Shown here: positions 41,005 through 51,702 of the stretch, in pieces
How the letters are laid out: each line of letters begins with the position of its first letter
Numbering within the stretch: position 1 is the stretch's first letter
Assembly (NCBI RefSeq): GCF_010120715.1
Contig: NZ_CP047591.1
Location: 2,586,303 to 2,650,302, forward strand
Direction: 5' to 3'
From: Aminipila terrae
GTDB taxonomy: Bacteria; Bacillota; Clostridia; Peptostreptococcales; Anaerovoracaceae
DNA length: 64,000 nt
Notes under the pieces: model-generated
What the model was told of the DNA's origin: nothing
The model's database searches: none
Seen by the model: the letters and a program-made list of their open reading frames with translations, nothing else
Translations under genes and position numbers: made by a program

Positions 41005-42287
41005 GCCAGTTTCTTCCTGATTTCTTACGGGCCGCAGTTTCTACCACTGCAAATGTTCTACTGATGATGACTCTTTTGCAGCCAAAATATTCTAAAAAAA
41101 TAACATTGCTGACCATGCTTGGCATTCTTGCTGCTGATTTGGGCACGGCAGTTTACTGCTATCTTAGTGGGAACCTGACATTGCTTTCTAAACTTGACAT
41201 TATTTTATTTGCTGTACTGTGTTTTGCGGTGCGGCCACTGTTCAAAGATACCTTCATGCAATGGCTGTTTTCCTATCTCACTGTTCAAAACATTAGTGAT
41301 ATGGTGATTATTCTCAGTTTTATTGGTTCAAGGCACTTGCCATACCCTGTCTATGCCAATTCGGTCCTGCGAATAATCCTGTTTGGTGCTTTTCTGCTAA
41401 TTTTATCACGTTATGTGAGACCACTGTATCGGCAGGCGGTGGAGCATTGGACGGCATATTTTGCCGTGGCTGTGGGGATTTATATTACCTTTAATTATTA
41501 CGTTTTGTCTTCCGACGATATTGTTGCTACCCTGACGGAACAGGCCTTTCCGCTGCTCCTGGTGATTTTCATCGGACTCGCCGCCTATGGCTCCATTTTT
41601 CTCTCCCTAAAAAATCTTCAGCGAGAGTTTTGGATAAAAGAGGAAAACCAGAAAATGTTATCAGAACGAGAATATTTGCATCTGGCTGCCGATAACATGA
41701 CGAAACAGCTTGAACTGATGGAGGAGGTTTCGGGGCAGAACAGCCGTGCTGCTCATGACCGCCGCCATTTTAACAATATGCTGCTGGGGCTTTTGGAACA
41801 GGGGGAAATCAGCCAGGCCGCTGCGCTTTTAAAAAAGCAAAATCAAGTCGTTCCCCAAATAAGCAAGGTATACTGTGAAAATCCAGCTGTTAATGCCGCT
41901 GTATGTCATTATGCTGCACTTGCAGAGCAATCGGGCGTTGATACAGCAATTGAGCTGGACATTCCCAGCGAACTGACTGTGGATTCTCTGGAGCTTTCCA
42001 TGGCAGTTTCAAACCTGATGGAGAATGCCATTCAAGCTTGTGGAAAGCTGGCCTCAAATTCTGAGCCATATCTCCGGTTTACCTGTCGTAATGTTGGGCG
42101 GCTGCTCCTGGAAATTGAAAATCCCTGCGCTGAAAATACCACACTTGATGAAAACGGCTATCCCATTGCTCATGAAGATGGACATGGTGTGGGAAGTAAG
42201 AGCGTTATCACCTTTGCAAAGAAGTATGATGGTGAGTTGATATACCACATGGAATGCGGCGTTTTTCGGGTGCGCCTGTTAGTGTAA
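41001..42287 (+). CDS. multi-TM sensor histidine kinase (GHKL, AgrC/LytS-like), overlaps the response-regulator stop
   Basis: Six or more TM segments. N-box NLMENAIQA. G-box GHGVGS. Confidence 0.6.
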   Translation: MSQFLPDFLRAAVSTTANVLLMMTLLQPKYSKKITLLTMLGILAADLGTAVYCYLSGNLTLLSKLDIILFAVLCFAVRPLFKDTFMQWLFSYLTVQNISDMVIILSFIGSRHLPYPVYANSVLRIILFGAFLLILSRYVRPLYRQAVEHWTAYFAVAVGIYITFNYYVLSSDDIVATLTEQAFPLLLVIFIGLAAYGSIFLSLKNLQREFWIKEENQKMLSEREYLHLAADNMTKQLELMEEVSGQNSRAAHDRRHFNNMLLGLLEQGEISQAAALLKKQNQVVPQISKVYCENPAVNAAVCHYAALAEQSGVDTAIELDIPSELTVDSLELSMAVSNLMENAIQACGKLASNSEPYLRFTCRNVGRLLLEIENPCAENTTLDENGYPIAHEDGHGVGSKSVITFAKKYDGELIYHMECGVFRVRLLV

Positions 42288-42349
42288 CAAAATAAGAAAT
42301 TTCATTTGTCAATAGAAAATTTAAACGAAAATAAAGTTTTTAAGTGTAA

Positions 42350-42390
42350 AAATGAGTCTTTTAAGTGTAAAGACTCATTTTTTCTTTTTT
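42350..42390 (+). terminator. rho-independent terminator
   Basis: aaatgagtctt...agactcattt plus T-run. Confidence 0.55.
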
Positions 42391-42465
42391 GTGTGCTATT
42401 GTTTTGACAGAAAATAGTAAATAAAAATGTTTTTTAAGATTACTTTCTTATTTCGCAGGTGATGC

Positions 42466-43640
42466 TTGCATAAGAATGTACTTTTAATGGATGGTATGAA
42501 TATGAAAAATTATGGGTTAAATAAAAAACAACTGGATTTTCTACTGTTGATAGTAGCAGCAATTGCAGCTTTTATTGCCTTTGGCATCATTTTGTACAAA
42601 AGTTATATGCAGTTAAGTTTCTATCTTCTATCAATAGCTTTTTTTGTGCTTATTATTATTAAAATATTTAAGTCTATGAACAATTCAATCATACAACTCA
42701 GATTAAATGAGGAAAGATACAAGGTTACTTTGCAACATGTAAACAATGTACTTTTTGATAATATATTAGAAGCTAATATAACAAAGGATTGTTTAATTGG
42801 GGATAATGCAAAGGAACTAACAATGTTATTAGGTATACCAGAGAATTCATCCTATTCAGATACAATTCTGGCTATTTCAGAACAATTAGTTAAAGAGGAA
42901 TTTTCACAGGAATATAAAGAAGTGTTGTCTGTTTCAAATATTTTAAATACTTTAAAAAATAAAGCCCATATATTGGAATACGAATGTATTGAACGATCAG
43001 ATGGTGTGAATTATGCATGGATTCGTATACATTATTGTATTTACTATTCGGATGCAGCTAATTCAGTATGCATTATTTCATATGTCAAAAATATTGAGGA
43101 AGAAAAAAGAACATTTAATATATTGCTTGAAAAGGCCAATACGGATTCTCTTACTGGGTTATATAATAAAGCCTCTACCGGTGAATCTATAACAAATTTA
43201 TTAGAAGAATATCCAGAAGGTGGACATGCAATGATGATGATAGATATTGATGATTTTAAAAGAATCAATGATACCTATGGGCATGATTTTGGAGATAAAG
43301 TAATCCTTAGCATAGCAGAACAGATGAAAAAGTTTTTAAGAATACCGATATTATTGGAAGAATTGGCGGAGATGAATTTTTAATATATATGACAGGAATT
43401 TCTGATATGGCAAAGGCAGTTGAAAGATTTGCAGCCCTTAATGAAAGTGTATCCCTATTTTGCTCAAATCATTTTGAAGAAAATTTTAAAATTTCTTTAA
43501 GTGGAGGTATAGTAATGATATATGGAACACATGAATTTTATGAATTATATCATTATGCCGATATGGCGCTATATTGTGCAAAAAAAAATGGTAAAAATCA
43601 ATATTATATATATAATTACTATAAAAATGAGATGAAATAA
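42466..43640 (+). CDS. membrane-anchored GGDEF diguanylate cyclase. Split by a -1 frameshift in an A5/T5 run at 43327-43337.
   Basis: ...MMIDIDDFKRINDTYGHDFGDKV... continues in the -1 frame as ...NTDIIGRIGGDEFLIYMTG... Confidence 0.65.
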
Positions 43641-43664
43641 ATCCAAAATTGTAGGTTCAAAAAT

Positions 43665-43698
43665 ACCAGAGAAGCTTTTATGCTTTCTGGTATTTTTT
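43665..43698. terminator. bidirectional hairpin terminator between the GGDEF and MCP genes
   Basis: accagagaagc-tttta-tgctttctggt plus T-run. Confidence 0.55.
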
Positions 43699-43743
43699 AT
43701 TTACACCTTAAATTTGCAGAATTACATCTAAGTAATTAATTAC

Positions 43744-45432
43744 TTAGACAGCATTGTTTCTTAATTGAAATCTGCTTACAAGTACCTTTAGTGTCTGTGC
43801 CTGCCCAGATAGTTCTTCACTGGCTGCAGCACTTTCCTCAGCTGTAGCAGCGTTGGTCTGAACAACACTTGAAATTTGATCGACGCCCAAGGTGACTTCA
43901 TTTATGGCACTTGACTGCCTGTTTGAAATATCTGAAATATTTTCAACAATGCTGGCAACATCTTTTGCTCTTTCCACAACCTTAAGAAGTGAACTTGCAG
44001 TTTCGTCCGCAATTTTAGTGCCATTTTCCACTTGATTCATTGAGTTCTCAATTAAAGTCGTTGTATCTTTTGCTGCCTCCGCACTTTTTGTTGCCAGATT
44101 TCTTACTTCATCTGCCACCACAGCAAATCCTTTTCCTGCGGCACCTGCACGAGCTGCTTCAACTGCAGCATTAAGAGCAAGGATATTTGTCTGAAAAGCA
44201 ATATCTTCAATGGTTTTAATGATTTTTCCAATTTGACTGGAAGAGTCATTGATTTGTGTCATGGCAGAAACCATTTCAGTCATATGCAGGTTACTTACTT
44301 CTATTTCTTCACTTACCAGATTTACATTTTCGCTGGCTTTTGTTGCGTGACCCGCATTTTTCTTTATATGGTCAGATATCTCCAGTATGGATGCAGACAA
44401 CTCTTCCACTGCACTGGCTTGTTCAGTAGCCCCCTGAGCCAGTTCCTGGGAACCATCAGACACCTGATCTGAACCTGTAGCAACCTGTTCTGCTGCCTGA
44501 TTTATTTTAGTAAGTGCATCATTAAGGGAAGCAACGATACTATGAATTGAATTTTTAAGTTCAATAAATTCCCCTTTATAATCTTGCTGAATATTAATAT
44601 TCAAATCGCCCAGGGCCATTTTTCCAAGATTTTCTTTAATATCAGTTATATACGCTCGTATCATCTGGTTAGACTTAACAAAGGCTGTACCTAACTGACC
44701 AATTTCATCTTTAGAGTGTATGTCAATTTCTACGCTTAAATCTCCTTCGGACATTCTTTCTGCCGCATAAGCCATTTCTGTTACAGGTTTACTGATGCCT
44801 CTAGAAATAATCAGGGCTATGATAAGTGAAACGGCTAAAGAAATAGACATTACAACAAGAATTAAAATGGATGCTAAATTACCCTGAGCCGATAATTTAG
44901 TGGCTAGAGAATCTCCTGTAGTGGTTTTCTCGTCCATTATCGATTCTGTAGATGTTCGAATTGTATTTGCAAGAGGTGTAGCTTGATTCACTAAAATTGC
45001 ATAGGCTTCAGTATTTTTATTTTGCATGGCAAGTTCAACTTCCTGATTGGCAACCTCAATGAAGTTTCCCATATTATTCTTGATATTATCATATTCTTTT
45101 TTCTCTTTGTCAGAGTCTAACTTTTTACCTACTTGTGATAAATATGTATCAAGTTTGTCAAAGGATTTTGTTATTTCATTACGATCATTCTCCATTTTTG
45201 CCATATCAGTATCAATAATCACGTTTCTAAGTAGTACCCTTACATTATTGAGTTCAGTACTAAAGCGACCAATATCTCCTTGTGCAAAACCGTAGTTTTC
45301 CAAAGCTGCACCATATTTGGAATTCATATTAGTCATAACATAAAGGCCCATTACACTTCCGATACTGGAGATAATTGTAACTAAAATAAAAGTGATAATT
45401 AATTTCTTTCCAATTTTCATGTTTTTTAACAT
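43744..45432 (-). CDS. methyl-accepting chemotaxis protein
   Basis: TM, HAMP and MCP signalling domain (highly conserved ...[19 protein letters not shown]...). Start set at the ATG with RBS aaaaggagaag. Confidence 0.85.
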   Translation of the reverse strand: MLKNMKIGKKLIITFILVTIISSIGSVMGLYVMTNMNSKYGAALENYGFAQGDIGRFSTELNNVRVLLRNVIIDTDMAKMENDRNEITKSFDKLDTYLSQVGKKLDSDKEKKEYDNIKNNMGNFIEVANQEVELAMQNKNTEAYAILVNQATPLANTIRTSTESIMDEKTTTGDSLATKLSAQGNLASILILVVMSISLAVSLIIALIISRGISKPVTEMAYAAERMSEGDLSVEIDIHSKDEIGQLGTAFVKSNQMIRAYITDIKENLGKMALGDLNINIQQDYKGEFIELKNSIHSIVASLNDALTKINQAAEQVATGSDQVSDGSQELAQGATEQASAVEELSASILEISDHIKKNAGHATKASENVNLVSEEIEVSNLHMTEMVSAMTQINDSSSQIGKIIKTIEDIAFQTNILALNAAVEAARAGAAGKGFAVVADEVRNLATKSAEAAKDTTTLIENSMNQVENGTKIADETASSLLKVVERAKDVASIVENISDISNRQSSAINEVTLGVDQISSVVQTNAATAEESAAASEELSGQAQTLKVLVSRFQLRNNAV

Positions 45433-45765
45433 ACTGCACTTCTCCTTTTCAAACATTCATAAATTTAGTAGCTTAAATCCCTGTGCAATTAAATTGGTTT
45501 TAAAGAATAGTATTTATCCACCAAGATTTCGGCTAATTATGCGAATATTCTAACATTTATATCGTCAATATTCAAGCATCTTTAACATTTTATGTCATTT
45601 TATGAACTATTATGGATAAAGGTAGATTTATAGTCATATTTAAGAGTTGGTTTAGGGATGATTAAATAAATTGCATTGAATATATGTTCTTAAGAATTGA
45701 AAGATATGCTAAAATATAACAAGAAGCAATCTGCAGAATAAATAGAAGATTTATAAGGAGGAAAC

Positions 45766-46974
45766 ATGATAGGAAAGTTGATTGAAGATATTTCTCAGTT
45801 TGGAAGAGAAACATCAGGTGGAGTAACAAGATTGCCATTCAGTAAAGAGTCATATGCTGCACAGAAATACCTGGTTGATTATATGAACAATTTAGGCTTA
45901 AACGGACAAGTTGACTCATATGGAACCGTTTGGGGTCATCTTGAGGGGAAAGTAAAAGAAAGCATTATCATATCATCGCACTATGATACAGTGCCTAATG
46001 GTGGTAAGTATGATGGAATCGTCGGTATAATAGTTGGTCTTGAAGTAGCAAGATATTATGTTGAAAGAAATGAAAAACCTTATTATTCTATTGACATTCT
46101 GGCCATGAATGATGAAGAAGGGGTTCGGTTTTCACAGGGCTTTTTATCATCTCATGGGGTATGTGGATTGGAGACAGATCAGCTACTTGAAGAAACCAGG
46201 GACATTAATACAGGAGAAACGTTAAAAAATATAATCACTAACGGGATTCATGGGGATGCTGGCGTTATATCAAAGGAAAGACAACTAGCAAACGTAAAAA
46301 GAACAATCGAAGTTCATGTTGAGCAGGGAACCGTGCTTGAAAGCGCAGATTGCCCAATTGGTCTTGTTCACTCTATCGTTGGTTTAAACTATTATTATTT
46401 TACAATCAAAGGAGAAGCAAACCATGCGGGGGGAACAAGTATGAACTCTCGAAAAGATGCTCTGGTTACAGCTTGTAAGATTATTTCACAAATTCCTGAG
46501 ATTGCAATGAAATATCCAGAGGCTGTTGCTACAGTTGGAAAGTTGGATGTCTTACCCAATGCGGCAAATGTAATACCAGGTGAAGTTAATTTTTCTGTTG
46601 ATATGCGGACCTGTATTGACAAGGATCTCAAAGCCCTTGGAGAAGATGTTGAACGTTTAGTAAAAATTGAAGTGGAAAAAAATCCGGGGATTACTTATGA
46701 AGTAACATATGGGACTATAGACAATCCAGCTCATATGAATGAGAAGATGCTTAAGGATTTAGAGGCTATTGTTATAGAACAGGGACTGAAATACCTGAAA
46801 CTGTCAAGTAAAGCCGGGCATGATTCACAAATATTATCGGATTATTTTAAATCAGCCATGTTATTTGTTCCAAGTAAAAATGGAGTTAGCCATAGTCCGT
46901 TAGAATATACCGATACAAAGTATATAGAAAACGCTGTAAAAGTACTTGTTAAATATGTTAACAAGGTAGAATGA
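45766..46974 (+). CDS. M20-family amidohydrolase (hydantoinase/carbamoylase / allantoate amidohydrolase type)
   Basis: ISSHYDTVPNGGKYDGIVG and the dimerisation-domain pattern. Confidence 0.65.
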   Translation: MIGKLIEDISQFGRETSGGVTRLPFSKESYAAQKYLVDYMNNLGLNGQVDSYGTVWGHLEGKVKESIIISSHYDTVPNGGKYDGIVGIIVGLEVARYYVERNEKPYYSIDILAMNDEEGVRFSQGFLSSHGVCGLETDQLLEETRDINTGETLKNIITNGIHGDAGVISKERQLANVKRTIEVHVEQGTVLESADCPIGLVHSIVGLNYYYFTIKGEANHAGGTSMNSRKDALVTACKIISQIPEIAMKYPEAVATVGKLDVLPNAANVIPGEVNFSVDMRTCIDKDLKALGEDVERLVKIEVEKNPGITYEVTYGTIDNPAHMNEKMLKDLEAIVIEQGLKYLKLSSKAGHDSQILSDYFKSAMLFVPSKNGVSHSPLEYTDTKYIENAVKVLVKYVNKVE

Positions 46975-47035
46975 AAAATAAGATATAAATCCTTAAAAAC
47001 TAAGTATGAAGAGGAATAATGATTTTTTTAGCGTT

Positions 47036-47079
47036 GCAATAGGTATTTAAAATTATTTTTAAATACCTATTGCTTTTTT
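47036..47079 (+). terminator. rho-independent terminator
   Basis: gcaataggtattt...aaatacctattgc plus T6. Confidence 0.6.
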
Positions 47080-47159
47080 ATTCACAAAGAGTACAATCTA
47101 TTTAAAATATTTTTTAAATAGATTGGTTGCTATTCTAAAATCTTAAAAAGGGAGGCATT

Positions 47160-47432
47160 ATGGGCTTAGCAGATTCATTTAAAGCCGTATCTGATTCTCA
47201 ACGAAGAGAAATTCTGCTTATGCTTAGAGAGGGCAGACTTACAGCTGGAGAAATAGCGGAAAAACTGAATATATCCCAGGCGGCATTGTCATATCATTTG
47301 ACACAGCTGAAAAAAGCAGATATGGTACTTGAATACAGACAGAAGAATTATATATATTACGAACTGAATACAACCCTGTTCGATGAAATGCTTGTATGGA
47401 TTGAACAGTTTAAGGAGGATAAACATAAATGA
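47160..47432 (+). CDS. ArsR/SdpR-family autorepressor (wHTH)
   Basis: SDSQRREILLMLREGRLTAGEIAEKLNISQAALSYHL. Confidence 0.5.
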   Translation: MGLADSFKAVSDSQRREILLMLREGRLTAGEIAEKLNISQAALSYHLTQLKKADMVLEYRQKNYIYYELNTTLFDEMLVWIEQFKEDKHK

Positions 47433-48112
47433 AAAATAAAATGGGCAGGCTCATGTTATTACTGTTGAGCATAGCACCCTTTGTACTTACAGCAATGGCA
47501 TTAAAGTATTTCCCGGAGAAAATTCCCACCCACTATGATTTCTCGGGAAATATAGATGCTTTTGGATCAAAGAACTCTCAATATGTACTTGCAGCAGTAT
47601 TTTCGATATCTGGATTAGTAATGTTTATCATAAGTGAATGCGTGAGAAAAATCCATAACAAAGAAGAAGAGGATACTGTTAAAGCACAAAATAATGCTAA
47701 TATAATCAATAAAATCGGAATTGGTCTTATGATTCTCTTTATTGTTATGCAAGGCAGCGAACTGCTGAATGTATATTATTATATTAACAATAAAGGGGAC
47801 TTTCCCGATCTTAAGATAACAAATATTGCATTAATGAGTTTGATGGTATATGCTGGAAATGTTATAGCAAAATCAAAAATGAATTCTGCTCTGGGAATCA
47901 GAACATCCTGGAGCTTTAAAAGTGAGAAGGCATGGAGTGTTAGCCAGAGAAGTGGTGGGAAAGCAATGATAATAACCTCCATACTGATGATTATCGCTGC
48001 TCTGATTTTACCGGAAGCATATCAGATTATCCTTTTATTTTCAGGAGTGATACTGGTAACTGGCTCATCCCTAATCGTTTCATACAGGGCAGTAAAGAAA
48101 ATGGATGATTAA
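47429..48112 (+). CDS. SdpI/YhfL-family membrane protein (DUF1648)
   Basis: Translationally coupled to the SdpR-like gene. Multi-TM. N-terminal ...KIPTHYDFSGNID motif. Confidence 0.5.
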   Translation: MKNKMGRLMLLLLSIAPFVLTAMALKYFPEKIPTHYDFSGNIDAFGSKNSQYVLAAVFSISGLVMFIISECVRKIHNKEEEDTVKAQNNANIINKIGIGLMILFIVMQGSELLNVYYYINNKGDFPDLKITNIALMSLMVYAGNVIAKSKMNSALGIRTSWSFKSEKAWSVSQRSGGKAMIITSILMIIAALILPEAYQIILLFSGVILVTGSSLIVSYRAVKKMDD

Positions 48113-48130
48113 ATAAATATTGCTGAAAGA

Positions 48131-48192
48131 AAAAGCTGTTTCAAACTAGTAAACGATTCTGCAAAGGGAAGCTTATTTGAAACAGCTTTTGA
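48131..48192. terminator. long inverted repeat between convergent genes
   Basis: aaagctgtttcaaa...tttgaaacagcttt. Confidence 0.45.
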
Positions 48193-48203
48193 TTTATTAT
48201 GAT

Positions 48204-48895
48204 TTATTTGCCTGCGGGAAAGTATGGTCGCAGGGAATCCGCAACTGAATTTACAGGAAGTGTCTGAAGTATAATTTTACCTGGACCCCTTACCACTGTG
48301 TTGAAAATTCCTTCCCCGCCGAATAACATATTTTTTACGCCTGGTACTGTTACAATATCCAGGGAGCAGGTATCGCTCATGGCGGCAAGGTAGCCCGTGT
48401 CTATAATCATGGATTCACCAGATCCCAGATTATATTCAACAGTATGCCCGTCTATTTCAATAAAGGCTTTACCATTTCCAGAGATTTTCTGCATAATAAA
48501 TCCCTCGCCCCAAAGAAACCAGCACCAATTTTCTTCTGAAAGAAGACCGATAAACTTACAGTTGACTCTGCTGCAAGGAATCCTGATTTCTGTACAATAA
48601 GGGAATTCTGGGGTGTGATGTCAAATGCCATGATAGATCCTGGAAAACTGGAAGCAAATGCAATTAAACCTTTTCCACCCTGGGAAGTATAACGATTTTG
48701 AAAAAGTGATTCACCAGCAAACATTCGGCCTAATGCTTTGCCCATTCCACCATTACTGCTGGTCTCCATTTTCATATTTGGCGACATCCAGCTCATAGAG
48801 CCTTTTTCAGTGATCATACTTTCTCCTTGCTCTAAAGTGCAGATAAGAACAGGAAGAGGAGTTCCTTCAATTTTATATTCCATAATAACCTCCAT
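48204..48895 (-). CDS. AIM24/TIGR00266-family protein. Split by a -1 frameshift (C4 run at 48508-48511 on the plus strand).
   Basis: ...KKIGAGFFG then, with one G added, GEGFIMQKISGNGKAFIEIDGHTV, the typical family core. Confidence 0.55.
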
Positions 48896-49118
48896 TTTTT
48901 ATTGTTTTTTACAATGGTAGTGGTATAATATATAAGGAAATCATATAAGGATGGATTTGGAAAGTCAAGTAAAGATAAAAAATAAGAACTATCCATATAA
49001 GATAAAAGAATTTTTTTATCCGAAAGTTTAAAATGCATATTTAAAATAGCCGGAAAGTGTTGGAAAATACACACTTTATAAAAAGTGAAAAAATAATAAT
49101 AATATGTAAAAAAATGTG

Positions 49119-49147
49119 TTGACATAACGAATCGGAAATGGTAAGAT
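49119..49147 (+). promoter_or_regulatory. sigma-A-type promoter of the tRNA operon (TTGACA, 17 nt spacer, TAAGAT)
   Basis: Consensus -35 and near-consensus -10 about 40 bp upstream of tRNA-Met. Confidence 0.5.
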
Positions 49148-49186
49148 ATTAAATGTTGACGGCGCAAAACGTTGGAAACATCATGT

Positions 49187-49263
49187 GGCGGTGTAGCTTA
49201 GTTGGCTAGAGCGTCCGGTTCATACCCGGAAGGTCGGTGGTTCGAATCCACTCGCCGCTACCA
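49187..49263 (+). tRNA. tRNA-Met (CAT), elongator type
   Basis: GGCGGTGTAGC...CCGGTTCATACCCGG...GGTTCGAATCC...CGCCGCTACCA. Confidence 0.85.
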
Positions 49264-49270
49264 TTAAAAT

Positions 49271-49346
49271 GGGCGTTTAGCTCAGCTGGGAGAGCATCTG
49301 CCTTACAAGCAGAGGGTCATAGGTTCGAGCCCTATAACGCCCACCA
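49271..49346 (+). tRNA. tRNA-Val (TAC)
   Basis: GGGCGTTTAGCTCAGCTGGGAGAGC...CCTTACAAG...GGTTCGAGCCC...ACGCCCACCA. Confidence 0.85.
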
Positions 49347-49358
49347 TTTTAATAATAT

Positions 49359-49435
49359 GGCCTGGTAGTTCAGTTGGTTAGAATGCCAGCCTGTCACGCT
49401 GGAGGTCGTCGGTTCGAGCCCGATCCAGGTCGCCA
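49359..49435 (+). tRNA. tRNA-Asp (GTC)
   Basis: GGCCTGGTAGTTCAGTTGGTTAGAATGCCAGCCTGTCACGCTGG...GGTTCGAGCCC...CCAGGTCGCCA. Confidence 0.85.
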
Positions 49436-49473
49436 TTTTTATTAAAATAAAATTTAATAAAAAGCCATTATAT

Positions 49474-49550
49474 GGTGGGTATCGTCAAGTGGTTAAGACA
49501 CAGGGTTGTGGCTCCTGTATACGTGGGTTCGACTCCCACTATCCACCCCA
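49474..49550 (+). tRNA. tRNA-His (GTG) with a G-1
   Basis: G-GTGGGTATCGTCAAGTGGTTAAGAC...GGTTGTGGC...GGTTCGACTCCC...TATCCACCCCA. Confidence 0.8.
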
Positions 49551-49567
49551 TATAAAAACTTTGTTGT

Positions 49568-49642
49568 TGGGGTATCGCCAAGCGGTAAGGCAATGGATTC
49601 TGATTCCATCATGCGCAGGTTCGAATCCTGCTACCCTAGCCA
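49568..49642 (+). tRNA. tRNA-Gln (CTG)
   Basis: TGGGGTATCGCCAAGCGGTAAGGCAATGGATTCTGATTCCAT...GGTTCGAATCC...TACCCTAGCCA. Confidence 0.85.
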
Positions 49643-49672
49643 ATTTATTTGCTGGTCGTAAGGCTGGCTTGC

Positions 49673-49747
<75 letters not shown>

Positions 49748-49754
49748 TGAGAAT

Positions 49755-49795
49755 AACTCTAAACTCGTTGAAATTGATGGGTTTAGAGTTTTTTA
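49755..49795 (+). terminator. terminator of the tRNA operon
   Basis: aactctaaac...gtttagagtt plus TTTT. Confidence 0.6.
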
Positions 49796-49945
49796 TTTGT
49801 CTTGATTTATGTATAGAGCTGGTTGCACTATCCTAAAACAGATGTCTTTGTTTTAGCAACTTTTCTTGTGTTGTGCAGTGTTAATTGTTATAATTCTACT
49901 GTGACAAATTTTAGACAAAATTTTTTAGAAAAGAGGATAACAAAA

Positions 49946-51682
49946 ATGATTCAAGTGGAAAAACTTTCCTATGGTTTTCCTGCAAAAGATTTATATAAAG
50001 AGGTTTCATTTACATTGAAAATGGGGCAGCATTGCGCTTTTATTGGAAGCAATGGTGCTGGAAAATCAACTCTTGTTGATATGATTATTCATCCGGATAA
50101 ATATTTGTATGATGGAAAGATAATCAAAGATGAAAGTTGTCGAATTGGTTATGCTAGCCAGTTTGCTGTGAGAGATAAAGAGCAGGAATGCACTGTTTTT
50201 GAATATCTAAGTGAGAGATTCGTGGAAAATCAGCAAGCGACAATTGCTGTGTGTGAAGAAATGGCAGTGGCTGAGGATGCATCGCCGTTATTTGAGAAAT
50301 ATCAGGCTCTTTTAGATGCCTTTGAGGCCATGGATGGCGATAATTATGCAAACAATATCCGTAAACAGTTATATGTAGCCGGTATGCGTGAATTGGAAGA
50401 AACAAAGTTATCACAACTTAGTGGTGGAGAATATAAATTACTTCAGATTATGAGGGAAATGTTATTATCTCCAAATCTTCTTGTGTTGGACGAACCAGAT
50501 GTATTTCTTGATTTCAGCAACTTAAATAGACTTTGTCAGTTGATTAATGGTTATAATGCCACATTATTAGTTATTACACATAACAGATATTTATTGAATC
50601 ACTGTTTTAACAAGATTTTACACTTAGAGAACGGTGACATTCAGGAATATGATGGTAATTATACAGAATATCGTTGTTCCCAGCTAAAGGAAAAATTAAA
50701 ACTTAAACTTCAGAGTATTGAAGAACAGGAAGAAATTGAACGTACTGAGAAAATGGTTGATATTCTGCGCACAAGAGCTACGATACTTGTCAATCCTGTT
50801 ATTGGAAGTGCTGTAAATGCAAAGCAAACACAACTTGACCGTTTACGTGCAAGAGAAATTAAGGCACCTTTTATTGAACTTCGAGAGCCAAAGATTGAAC
50901 TTCCCGCAATAGAAGTTGAAGCAGATCATACAGTTTTAAGCATTACAGACTACAATGTTTCATTTGATGAAAGCTTATTGGAAAATATCAATTTTGAACT
51001 GCTAGCTGGGGAAAAAGTAGCCATCGTTGGTGCAAATGGTACAGGAAAAACTACTTTAATGCGTGATATCTTAAAGAATAACCATCCTTCCATCCATATC
51101 CATGAGCATACAAGCTATGGGTGTTTATCTCAGCTTCAAGGGGAGAATATGGATGAAACAAAAACGGTATATGAGGTTATGGAAAGTTTGGGTTTTGAGA
51201 CAAGGGAAAGTATCCGCGAGTATCTGGGGAAATATTGTTTGGAAAGTGATACCTTAAAGCAGAAGGTAGGTCAGTTGTCCGGTGGAGAAAAGAATTTGCT
51301 CCAAATTGCAATGATTGCAAATACAAAGGCAGAACTTCTTATTCTTGATGAACCCACTAGCCATTTGGATATTTACGCACAAATGGCACTGGAAAAAGCC
51401 ATTTCCGAATATAAAGGGGCTGTACTCATGGTAAGTCACGATTTCTATCTTGTAGCTAATTGTGCGGATTACGTTTTGCTTATAGAAGACAATACCATTA
51501 GACGTATGCGTACGCGTTCTTTCCGTAAAATGGTATATGATAAATATTTCAATCAGAAGTATTTAGAAATAGACAAGAAAAAACAAGAATTAGAAGCGGA
51601 TATTACATTAGCCTTTAAAAAGGATGAACTGAAAACTGTAGAAAAGCTTTGCAACCAGTTAGAAGCGCTTAGCGCAGAATAG
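49946..51682 (+). CDS. ABC-F family ATPase (two ABC domains, no TM domain)
   Basis: Two Walker A motifs (GSNGAGKST, GANGTGKTT), two LSGGE signatures and an inter-domain linker. Start set at ATG 49946 after the RBS aagagga. The ORF-track start at 49823 adds an implausible leader. Confidence 0.85.
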   Translation: MIQVEKLSYGFPAKDLYKEVSFTLKMGQHCAFIGSNGAGKSTLVDMIIHPDKYLYDGKIIKDESCRIGYASQFAVRDKEQECTVFEYLSERFVENQQATIAVCEEMAVAEDASPLFEKYQALLDAFEAMDGDNYANNIRKQLYVAGMRELEETKLSQLSGGEYKLLQIMREMLLSPNLLVLDEPDVFLDFSNLNRLCQLINGYNATLLVITHNRYLLNHCFNKILHLENGDIQEYDGNYTEYRCSQLKEKLKLKLQSIEEQEEIERTEKMVDILRTRATILVNPVIGSAVNAKQTQLDRLRAREIKAPFIELREPKIELPAIEVEADHTVLSITDYNVSFDESLLENINFELLAGEKVAIVGANGTGKTTLMRDILKNNHPSIHIHEHTSYGCLSQLQGENMDETKTVYEVMESLGFETRESIREYLGKYCLESDTLKQKVGQLSGGEKNLLQIAMIANTKAELLILDEPTSHLDIYAQMALEKAISEYKGAVLMVSHDFYLVANCADYVLLIEDNTIRRMRTRSFRKMVYDKYFNQKYLEIDKKKQELEADITLAFKKDELKTVEKLCNQLEALSAE

Positions 51683-51702
51683 TGAGTAGTATGGAGGAAA
51701 AA

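Noticed and set aside
40031-42287. agr-type quorum-sensing locus (agrBD) next to the LytTR regulator and its AgrC-like kinase
   Set aside because: There is no AgrB-like membrane protease and no small AgrD-like peptide ORF upstream. It is only a LytTR two-component pair.
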